64,000 nt of DNA from Peptococcaceae bacterium UBA6096 (GTDB lineage Bacteria; Bacillota; Peptococcia; DRI-13; UBA5745). Made by a program: the position numbers and the translations under genes. This document shows, piece by piece, positions 47,595 to 56,151 of this stretch. Under the pieces are notes generated by a model. That model had not been told where the DNA came from, ran no database searches, and saw only the letters and a list, made by a program, of their open reading frames with translations. The stretch lies in NCBI GenBank assembly GCA_002435905.1, contig DIWW01000024.1, positions 293-64,292 on the forward strand, in the 5' to 3' direction. The first letter of the stretch is position 1. Each line of letters opens with the position of its first letter.

Positions 47595-49190
47595 GTGAAG
47601 AAACAGGTAATTAAGGCGCTTTCCCTTCTAATGGTCGTCATGTTATTAGCCGGATGTGGTGGGCAATCTGCCAGCTCAGGCGGTTCCGCAGGTACCCCGG
47701 CTGCAGGGGGCGGCACTGCGCCTACAGAGGGAACCGCAGCGAGTGTTACCGTGGAAGACGATACCTTAATTGTGGCTTTGGATGCTGAGGGCGCTACCTT
47801 TGACCCATTTAATTTTGCGGACTTAGACAGTGGCTTCTTAGTAAGAGCAGTCCATGAGCCGCTCGCCTACCTAGACAGCACAAACCCTGATGGCTTTACC
47901 CCTGTTTTGGCTGAATCCTGGGAATATCTTGACAATCAGACGATTCGTCTTCACTTAAGAAAGGGCGTAAAATTCCAAAATGGCGAAGAAATGAAAGCCA
48001 GCGATGTCGTTTTTTCCATTAAGATGGCGAAAACCAAAGGTCTGGTAAGTCCGGTCAACTGGAAGAACCTGGATATTGAAAATGCAAAGATTATTGACGA
48101 TTATACACTGGAATTAAAAACCTATGAGCCGTCATCCTTCACCTTTGCCTGGCTCCTTAGTGAAATGGTGAATATCGTAAGCGAAAAGGCATATACCGAA
48201 CAAGGAGAAAAATACGGACGTAATCCGAATGGCGGCACTGGCCCTTACATTTTAACGGACTGGGTTGCCGGAGACAGAGTGACCTTTACCAGAAACGAGA
48301 ACTACTGGGGCGAAAAACCACAATACAAAACCATGATTCTTCGTTTTATGGTTGAGGGTACAGCCAGAACCTTCGCAGTGGAATCAGGTGACGTTGATGT
48401 TGCTTACTCCTGTCCTACAGCTGATTTGAAAACCTTGTCCAACTTAGAAAATTATAAAGTGATTCCTCAAAAAACCTCCGGGGTAAACTATCTATTCATT
48501 AATACCCAAGACAAGTACTTGAAGGATGTAAGGGTTAGAAAGGCACTGAGCTATGCTTTAGACCTGGATACCATGGTTCCCATTGCATACAATAATGTGG
48601 GGAAAGTAGCTTTTAGCGTATTTGGACCTTCAGCGCCTCAGCAAATCAAGCCGGATCTAGTCTACAAGAAGGATATGGAAAAAGCCAAAGCCTTGATGAA
48701 GGAAGCTGGCTATGAAGATGGTTTTGACCTGAAGATTATTATTACAGACAGGTCAGCCCGTAAAACTCTTTGCGAAATGATGAAAAATGCTTGGGCAGAG
48801 TTAAACGTAAACCTGGAAATTGAGGTTTTAGAGCTCTCGACAATCCTTGACCTGACCATGAAGGGCGATTACCAGCTAACGATTATGGCGGAGGGTGGTT
48901 TCCACGGTGAAGCTTGGCGTGCTTTTCTCCATTCTGACGGTGTTAACAACTACTCCCATTACAAAAATGCCAGAGTGGACGAACTTTTCGACCTGGCCGT
49001 AAAAACGGCTGACGCTCAAGAAGGCGCTAAGTACTACAACGAATTGCAGAACATTTGTGCAGAAGAAGTACCCATGCTGCCTTTGCAGTATGATGAGATC
49101 TTGAATGTGTTGGGAAAAGATTTATATTATTCTGTGGATCCAACCTACAACTTTATGGCGGCGAGATTCTACTATATTCGCCACAAATAA
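47595..49190 (+). CDS. ABC transporter substrate-binding lipoprotein, family 5 (peptide type)
   Basis: Lipobox LLAGCGG followed by a Gly/Ser/Ala linker; family-5 SBP body. Confidence 0.9.
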   Translation: MKKQVIKALSLLMVVMLLAGCGGQSASSGGSAGTPAAGGGTAPTEGTAASVTVEDDTLIVALDAEGATFDPFNFADLDSGFLVRAVHEPLAYLDSTNPDGFTPVLAESWEYLDNQTIRLHLRKGVKFQNGEEMKASDVVFSIKMAKTKGLVSPVNWKNLDIENAKIIDDYTLELKTYEPSSFTFAWLLSEMVNIVSEKAYTEQGEKYGRNPNGGTGPYILTDWVAGDRVTFTRNENYWGEKPQYKTMILRFMVEGTARTFAVESGDVDVAYSCPTADLKTLSNLENYKVIPQKTSGVNYLFINTQDKYLKDVRVRKALSYALDLDTMVPIAYNNVGKVAFSVFGPSAPQQIKPDLVYKKDMEKAKALMKEAGYEDGFDLKIIITDRSARKTLCEMMKNAWAELNVNLEIEVLELSTILDLTMKGDYQLTIMAEGGFHGEAWRAFLHSDGVNNYSHYKNARVDELFDLAVKTADAQEGAKYYNELQNICAEEVPMLPLQYDEILNVLGKDLYYSVDPTYNFMAARFYYIRHK

Positions 49191-49245
49191 AAAACTTGCA
49201 TAGCATAATAAATTTACGACCACCGGCCGTCCCTCTGCTCCCTTT

Positions 49246-49277
49246 CAAAAAAGGCATCCACGTAGGATGCCTTTTTT
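49246..49277 (+). terminator. Rho-independent terminator
   Basis: AAAAAAGGCATCC-acgta-GGATGCCTTTTTT. Confidence 0.8.
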
Positions 49278-49408
49278 ACTGTCGATATACAACGATACGG
49301 TATTCAATAGATGACGGGGACCATTTGACTTTGGTTAGTTCCGGTGATAAAATGCCGTAAGATACAATTTATTTTAATTAAAACAAATAATTGTAATGGA
49401 GATGTGCT

Positions 49409-50098
49409 ATGAATAATCACAGCGACATACTAAAACTCGAGCCCTATAAGGGCGTATTGCGTATGCTGGGGGGGCAATTTGGCGATAGCTGCCAATCGAT
49501 CTTATATAGTCTGGAACAGGATCGAGATGAGGTTGAGGGGACAGTCGTCAGTGTCTCAGGTACGACCACCAATGCCAATATAGGGGATCCTTTACCAGGT
49601 TTTATTGATACTCATATTAGAGAAAAGGGCATGACGAGTCAGTATGGCTTCATCAATAAGGCATTTCCAAGCTTGGTGCTGCGGACCTCCTTGGAATTTC
49701 TTAAAGATGAGGAAGGCAAGGCTATTGGTTGCATATGTATTCACCACAATATAGTTCATATAAAGATGATCACCAGTTTTTTGGATGAATTAACGCGTCC
49801 AAATAATTTAGAGGATGAGGACGAGGAATCTTCAAATGCCAATGGGGAAGGCAGGCAATATACAGCCAGTAATATTCAGGGTTTTTTAGACAATATTATT
49901 TCGGAATTTTTAGAAGAACATCTGGAAGCCAATAACTTTGCCGCTTTAGATAAGAACGATAAGCTGGACTTAATTAAGGAGCTAGACCGCCGGGGTGTGT
50001 TCTTGGTCAAGGGGGCGGTTAACCTTATTGCTAAACGGATTAATGTATCTAAATTTAGTATTTACAATTATTTAGACGAAATAAGGGAACAAAACTAA
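49409..50098 (+). CDS. YheO-like regulator (PAS-like sensory domain plus C-terminal HTH)
   Basis: 229 aa; N-terminal LEPYKGVLRMLGGQFGDSCQSILYSL.. and C-terminal ..GAVNLIAKRINVSKFSIYNYLDEIR fit the YheO/DauR-like architecture (from memory). Confidence 0.6.
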   Translation: MNNHSDILKLEPYKGVLRMLGGQFGDSCQSILYSLEQDRDEVEGTVVSVSGTTTNANIGDPLPGFIDTHIREKGMTSQYGFINKAFPSLVLRTSLEFLKDEEGKAIGCICIHHNIVHIKMITSFLDELTRPNNLEDEDEESSNANGEGRQYTASNIQGFLDNIISEFLEEHLEANNFAALDKNDKLDLIKELDRRGVFLVKGAVNLIAKRINVSKFSIYNYLDEIREQN

Positions 50099-50116
50099 TT
50101 TAAGCATAAATTTCTC

Positions 50117-50143
50117 GCCGGTCAGGATTGACCGGCTTTTTTA
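50117..50143 (+). terminator. Rho-independent terminator
   Basis: GCCGGTCA-ggat-TGACCGGC followed by TTTTTTATT. Confidence 0.75.
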
Positions 50144-50173
50144 TTGCTATAGGGGCAAATGATTGGGAATGAA

Positions 50174-50200
50174 GTAAGCTTAAAAAATTTTTAAGCTTAC
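50174..50200. promoter_or_regulatory. 27-nt palindrome abutting the -35 box (candidate operator)
   Basis: GTAAGCTTAAAAAATTTTTAAGCTTAC. Confidence 0.5.
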
Positions 50201-50209
50201 AAAAAATTG

Positions 50210-50237
50210 TTGACAGTGCGGAAAATTTTGATATAAT
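50210..50237 (+). promoter_or_regulatory. Strong sigma-70-type promoter with extended -10
   Basis: TTGACA, 16 nt spacer ending in TGa, then TATAAT. Confidence 0.65.
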
Positions 50238-50303
50238 TGGAATTGAAATCACGTGATGTTATCTGATGTTTATCTAAAATTTAGGGAATGGAGGTATTTG
50301 TTC

Positions 50304-51779
50304 ATGAGAATCTCTAGGGAAGAAATGCTGGCACCAACGGATTTGCCATTTGACAAGGTTCCGCCTTATCGGGTCAAGGTTGTGGAATACACTGAACCTA
50401 CCACCAGAGATCAGCGTAAACAACTGATTAAAGAGGTGCAGTATTCAGCTTGTAACTTGCCGGCAAAATATGTCTATGTCAACATGACGACTGACTCCGG
50501 CACCAGTGCCATGAGTGACCGTCAGTGGGCAGGGATGTGGCTGGCGGATGAATCATATTTCAACTCAAAAAGCTGGGAACCTTTGAAAAAAGTTCTCCAA
50601 GAATTTTCAGGGATGGAATATGCAATGCCTACGCATCAGGGACGTTCAGGGGAAGCTATTTTGTATGAAGCATTTGTTAAAGAAGGGGACATCGTTCCTT
50701 CGAATATGCACTTTACGACGACGCGGGCCCATTGCTACTACTATGGTGCAGAACCTGTCGATATGACCTGCAAAGAATATTTCGATGAGCATGACCCCTC
50801 TTGGTTTAAAGGCAATATAGACATCGAAGCGCTTAAGCAGCTCTTCATTGAGAAGGGTGACAAAATCGGTTTTGTGGAGCTGGTCGTCCCCAACAATCTA
50901 TGTGCCGGTCAGCCTGTGTCGATGCAGAACATTAAAGAAGTCCGTGAAGTGATCAATAAATATAAAAAGCGGGATGTCATCTTCTCCTTGGATATCGCCC
51001 GTATCTCTGAAAATGCTTGGATCATTAAAAAACATGAAGCCGGTTATGGCCATATGTCGTGCTTAGAAATTGTCCAGGAAATGATGTCCTATGCCGATGT
51101 GTCCCATATGAGCGCAAAAAAATCCGCCCTGGTCAATATGGGCGGCTTCGTAACTGTAAGAGATAAAATGAACTTTATGCGCTTGCAGCCAAAATTGATC
51201 CGTTTGGATGGTTTTTTAACTTACGGTGGCCTCAGCGGCCGCGATTTGGAAGCCATGGCCATTGGTTTAATTGAAGGTGTCAACGATTATTATTTAGAAG
51301 ATAAGCAGCGCCAGAGCGACGTTTTTGCCAACGCTTGTAAAAGATTAGGTGTTGCAACCTACAATCCAGCCTGCACCTTGGGCGTTTGGATTATGGCTGA
51401 GCATTGCTTGCCTCATATTCCTAAGTATCAGGGACCGGGTACCGCGCTTGCCAGCCAAGCCTACATTGAAGGCGGCATAGGGCTCACTTCAATGGACTCT
51501 CTGCATCGAGGCCACTTGGATCCCGATGATCCAACCAATTATGCAAAGATTCAGTTGGCTCCTTTTGAACTGATTCGCTGCGCCTTCCCTCGCCGAGTCT
51601 ACACAGATTCTCAATATGAATGGTGTGCGGAAGCTTTATACAAGGCGATGGAATGGGGAGAAAAAGTACCTGGTTATCGTCGTTTTGATATGGGAGACGC
51701 CAGGCCAAAATTAGAGGATAGAGACTTTGGCACCCATACTTTCTTTGATGAATTTGAGCCTTTGTTTGATCATCCTTGA
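50304..51779 (+). CDS. Beta-eliminating lyase family PLP enzyme (tyrosine phenol-lyase / tryptophanase family), paralog 1
   Basis: TDSGTSAMSDRQWAGM, PTHQGRSGE, NMHFTTTRAH, AGQPVSMQN, PLP-lysine motif MSAKKSALVNMGGF, YGGLSGRDLEAMAIGL, FPRRVY. ATG 50304 has GGAGG upstream. Confidence 0.85.
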   Translation: MRISREEMLAPTDLPFDKVPPYRVKVVEYTEPTTRDQRKQLIKEVQYSACNLPAKYVYVNMTTDSGTSAMSDRQWAGMWLADESYFNSKSWEPLKKVLQEFSGMEYAMPTHQGRSGEAILYEAFVKEGDIVPSNMHFTTTRAHCYYYGAEPVDMTCKEYFDEHDPSWFKGNIDIEALKQLFIEKGDKIGFVELVVPNNLCAGQPVSMQNIKEVREVINKYKKRDVIFSLDIARISENAWIIKKHEAGYGHMSCLEIVQEMMSYADVSHMSAKKSALVNMGGFVTVRDKMNFMRLQPKLIRLDGFLTYGGLSGRDLEAMAIGLIEGVNDYYLEDKQRQSDVFANACKRLGVATYNPACTLGVWIMAEHCLPHIPKYQGPGTALASQAYIEGGIGLTSMDSLHRGHLDPDDPTNYAKIQLAPFELIRCAFPRRVYTDSQYEWCAEALYKAMEWGEKVPGYRRFDMGDARPKLEDRDFGTHTFFDEFEPLFDHP

Positions 51780-51862
51780 AATTAAGTGCGATAAAAAAAG
51801 CAATGAATAATAAACAGACATTCGATAAAAAAGAGAAATAGCTCATAAGGAGGTAAGCGCAG

Positions 51863-53335
51863 ATGAGAATCAGCGATCAGGAAATGATGGTAAAAACCGA
51901 CTTGCCATTTCACAAAGCACCGCCTTACCGCACGAAGGTTGTGGAGTATACAATACCCACCACTCGCCAGCAGAGGCAAGAAATCATGAAAAAGCACGGC
52001 TATTCCGGCCGTTTGATCCCTGCAAAATACGTTTTCATTAACATGGTTACCGACTCTGGCACCGGTGCAATGAGTGACCGTCAGTGGTCTGCTATGATGG
52101 AAGGTGACGAATCCTACTTTTACTGCCGCAGCTATGAATACTTTGAAGAGGTAGCACAGAACTACACCGGCATGCCTTATATTCTGCCCTCTCACCAGGG
52201 GCGCAGTGCTGAAGGTCCCCTGTATGAATGCATCGTACAGCCGGGAGACAAGGTACCTTCCAATACCCACTTTACCACAACGAGTGCCTGGTGCTTCCAG
52301 AGGGGTGCTGAGCCTGTAGATTTCGTAGAGCTTTCCTATTTTGATCCAAATGATACGACCAGCCAGTTTAAAGGCGGTATCGATACAGAAGCTTTAGAAC
52401 GTTACTTTGAGCTTCATGCCGACAAGATTCCTTTAGTTGACTTAGTCGTTCCCAACAACCTCAACGGAGGTATGGGTGTGTCTATGGCAGACATTAAGGA
52501 GACCCGCCGCATTATTGACAAATATAACAAAAGAGGCACCTTGCTTTGCTTAGATATAGCCCGCATATCTGAAAACGCCTGGATTATCAAAAGCAACGAA
52601 GAAGGCTATAAAGATAAGACTTGTGCTGATATTGTCAGAGAAATGCTTTCTTATGCAGATTGTTGCCACATGAGTTCTAAAAAATGCGGTTTGGTTAACA
52701 TGGGCGGCTTTTCAGCAGTAAGAGACAAACAACTTTGGTATCGTATGCAGCCTAAGGTTATCCGCACTGATGGCTACATCACCTACGGCGGTATGAATGG
52801 CCGGGATCTGGAAGCTTTGGCTGTAGGATTAGTAGAAGGCGTTAATGACTACTATTTGATGGACCGTCAGCGGCAGGTAGAGTATTTTGCCAATGCCTGT
52901 AAAAAACGGGGAGTTCACATTTTAGAGCCAGCTTCCAGCTATGCTGTTTACATTAATGCCGGTCGATGCGTACCCCATTTAGATTACACCCAGGGCCCTG
53001 CGACGTGTTTGTCTGCCCAAGCTTATATTGAAGGCGGCTTTGCTTCCACAGCGATGGACTCTCTCCAAAGGGGCAGAATCGATCCTGAGAATCCCTTGGA
53101 TACCAGTAAGCGTATTAAGGCTCCTTATGAATTGATTCGCTGTGCTATTCCTCGCCGTGCCTATTTTGAGCCTCATTATGATTGGGCTGCAGAGTGTTTA
53201 GCAAGAGCAATGGAACAGGGTACCAAATTACCAGCTTTCAAACCCATTGCGGATGATCGTCCTCCATTAGAAATCAGCGAGATTGGTCTTCACACCTTCT
53301 TTGATGATTATGAACCCATTACTCCCCTCCCTTGA
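51863..53335 (+). CDS. Beta-eliminating lyase family PLP enzyme, paralog 2 (divergent)
   Basis: TDSGTGAMSDRQWSAM, PSHQGRSAE, NTHFTTTSAW, MSSKKCGLVNMGGF, YGGMNGRDLEALAVGL, IPRRAY. AAGGAGG RBS. Confidence 0.85.
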   Translation: MRISDQEMMVKTDLPFHKAPPYRTKVVEYTIPTTRQQRQEIMKKHGYSGRLIPAKYVFINMVTDSGTGAMSDRQWSAMMEGDESYFYCRSYEYFEEVAQNYTGMPYILPSHQGRSAEGPLYECIVQPGDKVPSNTHFTTTSAWCFQRGAEPVDFVELSYFDPNDTTSQFKGGIDTEALERYFELHADKIPLVDLVVPNNLNGGMGVSMADIKETRRIIDKYNKRGTLLCLDIARISENAWIIKSNEEGYKDKTCADIVREMLSYADCCHMSSKKCGLVNMGGFSAVRDKQLWYRMQPKVIRTDGYITYGGMNGRDLEALAVGLVEGVNDYYLMDRQRQVEYFANACKKRGVHILEPASSYAVYINAGRCVPHLDYTQGPATCLSAQAYIEGGFASTAMDSLQRGRIDPENPLDTSKRIKAPYELIRCAIPRRAYFEPHYDWAAECLARAMEQGTKLPAFKPIADDRPPLEISEIGLHTFFDDYEPITPLP

Positions 53336-53403
53336 TTAAATCCCCAAGATGATCACTCCTCCCTTACACCCCTCCTTTTAACAAATCCCCAAAACACGAC
53401 GGA

Positions 53404-53466
53404 AAAGCAGACTAAGAGAGGCCCTATCCCTTATGAGATAGCGCCTCTCTTAGTCTGCTTTATTCG
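53404..53466. terminator. Bidirectional terminator (18-bp stem) between convergent genes
   Basis: AAGCAGACTAAGAGAGGC ... GCCTCTCTTAGTCTGCTT followed by TATT. Confidence 0.8.
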
Positions 53467-53544
53467 ATGCGAAGGATAGGAATTTGTCTCATAACGTCTT
53501 TTCTGCCGCATGCGAAATAATTCATCCCAATCCTTCCCTTGTGG

Positions 53545-53961
53545 TCAAATGGACTGGTCTATCTCCGGGAAGAATAGGGCAATTTCCCTTTCTGCACTGG
53601 CTGGAGAATCCGAACCGTGAATCACATTATGTCTTACGCTCAAAGCCAAGTCTCCCCGCAGAGTCCCCGGGGCAGCCTGTTTGGGATCGGTTGCCCCCAT
53701 CATGGTCCGCAGCACCCCGATCACACCCTCGGCCTCTAGAACCATGGCGACTGCCGGACCGGAGGTGATGAATTCCAACAGGTCGGAAAAGAAAGGCTTG
53801 CCTTGGTGTTCCGAGTAATGTGCCTGGGCAAGTTCCGGGCTGATCGTTATCAATTTGAGAGCAGCGATTTGAATGCCCCGCTTCTCCAGGCGGCTGATGA
53901 TCTCTCCAATCAGGCCCCTTTGTACACCGTCGGGCTTGATCATGGCGAAGGTCCGCTCCAT
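53545..53961 (-). CDS. ndk: Nucleoside diphosphate kinase
   Basis: [29 protein letters not shown]...NVIHGSDS (active-site His). GAGGGGGA RBS before ATG 53961. Confidence 0.95.
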   Translation of the reverse strand: MERTFAMIKPDGVQRGLIGEIISRLEKRGIQIAALKLITISPELAQAHYSEHQGKPFFSDLLEFITSGPAVAMVLEAEGVIGVLRTMMGATDPKQAAPGTLRGDLALSVRHNVIHGSDSPASAEREIALFFPEIDQSI

Positions 53962-54144
53962 CGTATTCCCCCTCATATTTCGAATAGCGTCAGGCTGCTT
54001 GCCTGTTGCTTTGATTTCTATTATAGCCACCGTCCTAAGCAAAGTAAAATATACGATTTTGAGGATGAACGGTTGACTATTCAACAACATTAAAAAAGAC
54101 AGAATATTCTTGCTAATTCTATCCGACTGTGGTACCTTCTAATT

Positions 54145-54245
54145 GGAAGCAATGAACTCATTAGAAAATATGGGATCCCTTGATTATAAACAGAACAACT
54201 TAATATAAAAAGAATGGGAGCAATGAATTCTGAGAAATATTTGGA
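54145..54245 (+). repeat. Imperfect ~30-nt direct repeat pair in a 5' leader
   Basis: GGAAGCAATGAACTCATTAGAAAATATGGGA (54145-54175) and GGAGCAATGAATTCTGAGAAATATTTGGA (54217-54245). Confidence 0.5.
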
Positions 54246-54272
54246 CGCTTTTCCCAGGATGAGCTAGCAGCG

Positions 54273-54310
54273 TAACCGACCGAAAGGTCGGTTATTGTGT
54301 TTCTGTTGTT
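54273..54310 (+). terminator. Terminator-like hairpin with GAAA tetraloop inside a 5' leader (possible attenuator)
   Basis: TAACCGACC-gaaa-GGTCGGTTA followed by TTGTGTTTCTGTTGTTCTTTC, about 100 nt upstream of the 54403 start. Confidence 0.5.
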
Positions 54311-54402
54311 CTTTCAGTTATACGAAGGGAGATGATGCGGTTCAATGTGTTCGTTTCCAAGCGCATGTCGTTGATCAGCCATAACGAAAGGGGGAAAATT
54401 GG

Positions 54403-55956
54403 ATGTTTATTAAGGCGCACAAGAAATTGAGCCTTTTGATTTCACTTGTATTTTTGTGCAGCACGATTTTTATCGGCACAACCTTTGCAATGCCGCCATC
54501 AGAAACCATTGAATTTACAGACTGGGTTAATTGTAATACGTCTTATGAGACCTTTTGTGGACAGTCTTTTACACCGGCAAACAATATCTCTGTATCGGGC
54601 GTAAGATTGCGCCTTGGAGGCACTGGGTATATGACGATCAGTCATGTAAGAGTTGCAATACGTATAGCCATAAACGATGCTGCAACTCAAGTTCAAAGCG
54701 ATTACACCGAAGTGCCTGTTAAACCATATCCTCCTGAGTGGGAGTGGGACGAATTCACATTTCCAACCCCAGTCAACCTCTCAGCCGGAACAACCTATTA
54801 TCTGGTTATTTCTGAAACGGACAGACCCTTAGCATATCGATACATCGCAAGTTGGGCTAATCCCTACGGAGGGGGCCAGCTTTTAACCGGCAGCGGTTAT
54901 ACCAGTTATGCGGTTGTGGGGGGCGAATTGAATTTCCAAATTCTTAATACCCTGATTACCAATAGTCCTCCGGTCGCTGAGGCGGGTGGGCCCTATACTG
55001 GTTCTGAAGGAACTGAAATCACTTTTAATGGGAATGGGTCGACCGATTCTGACATTGATGATACATTGCAATATCGTTGGGATTTCGACAGTGACGGGAC
55101 CTATGACACTTCATTTTCAAGTGACCCAACCGCCAAGCACACTTGGGTCGACGACTATTCGGGGACCGTTACGCTGGAGGTGTCAGATGGAAATGCCACT
55201 GACACGGATACCGCAACGGTCACAGTCGATAACGCGGCGCCCACAGTTGGTCCAATAACCGTTCTCACAAGCCCAGTAGCTGTCAATACATCGATTACTG
55301 CCAGCGCTTCTTTTACGGATCCTGGTACTCCCGACACCCACATAGCAAGCTGGAGTTGGGGAGATGGGATCACCTCTGCCGGTACGGTTGATGAAGGCAC
55401 AGTCGATGGCAGCCATACCTACACAGCTCCGGGCATCTTTACGGTCGGATTGACGGTCACAGACGATGACGGCGGTTTAGGAACCACAACATACCAATAT
55501 GTTGTGGTTTATGATCCCACGGGCGGCTTCGTAACGGGCGGGGGCTGGATCATGTCCCCGGAGGGAGCTTATGCAGCTGACCCAAGCTTGTCTGGCAAAG
55601 CAAACTTCGGGTTTGTTTCCAAGTACCAGAAAGGTGCTTCAACACCGACCGGATATACCGAATTCCAGTTTAAGGCAGGAGACTTGAGCTTCAAGAGCAC
55701 CTCGTACCAGTGGCTTGTGGTTGCCGGGGCTAGAGCACAATACAAAGGCGTTGGCACCATCAACGGATCAGGCGAGTATGGCTTCATACTCACCGCTATT
55801 GATGGACAAATCAATGGCGGCGGAGGGGAAGACAAATTCCGTATTAAGATTTGGGAAATCGGCGGCGATATTGTTTACGACAACCTGATGGATGGCGCTG
55901 ATACCGATATTCCAACAACAACACTAGGCGGGGGAAGTATCGTGATCCACAATTAA
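54403..55956 (+). CDS. Secreted protein with N-terminal unknown domain, two PKD-like domains and a C-terminal beta-rich domain
   Basis: Signal peptide ..IGTTFA/MP. PKD pattern (PPVAEAGGPYTGSEGTEITFNGNGSTDSD..LQYRWDFDSDGTYD..; ..SWSWGDG...HTYTAPGIFTVGLTVTDDDGG). Confidence 0.75.
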   Translation: MFIKAHKKLSLLISLVFLCSTIFIGTTFAMPPSETIEFTDWVNCNTSYETFCGQSFTPANNISVSGVRLRLGGTGYMTISHVRVAIRIAINDAATQVQSDYTEVPVKPYPPEWEWDEFTFPTPVNLSAGTTYYLVISETDRPLAYRYIASWANPYGGGQLLTGSGYTSYAVVGGELNFQILNTLITNSPPVAEAGGPYTGSEGTEITFNGNGSTDSDIDDTLQYRWDFDSDGTYDTSFSSDPTAKHTWVDDYSGTVTLEVSDGNATDTDTATVTVDNAAPTVGPITVLTSPVAVNTSITASASFTDPGTPDTHIASWSWGDGITSAGTVDEGTVDGSHTYTAPGIFTVGLTVTDDDGGLGTTTYQYVVVYDPTGGFVTGGGWIMSPEGAYAADPSLSGKANFGFVSKYQKGASTPTGYTEFQFKAGDLSFKSTSYQWLVVAGARAQYKGVGTINGSGEYGFILTAIDGQINGGGGEDKFRIKIWEIGGDIVYDNLMDGADTDIPTTTLGGGSIVIHN

Positions 55957-55987
55957 CAATGGGTATTCAGCATTTAAAGATTTTAGA

Positions 55988-56020
55988 ATGAGGGAGCCTT
56001 AAGCGGCTTCCTCATTTTTT
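55988..56020 (+). terminator. Rho-independent terminator
   Basis: ATGAGGGAGCC-ttaagc-GGCTTCCTCAT followed by TTTTT. Confidence 0.7.
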
Positions 56021-56075
56021 CCTCATCTATAGGCTAGCTTTGAATTGCTGCACACCTATGGATTCAAAAATCATA

Positions 56076-56103
56076 TTGAATTGTACGGGGAATCTGATAT
56101 AAT
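56076..56103 (+). promoter_or_regulatory. Sigma-70-type promoter with extended -10
   Basis: TTGAAT, 16 nt spacer ending in TGa, then TATAAT. Confidence 0.55.
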
Positions 56104-56151
56104 CGTATAAGCAACTGCTTAAACTATAAACAAATGCTTAGGAGATGGATG

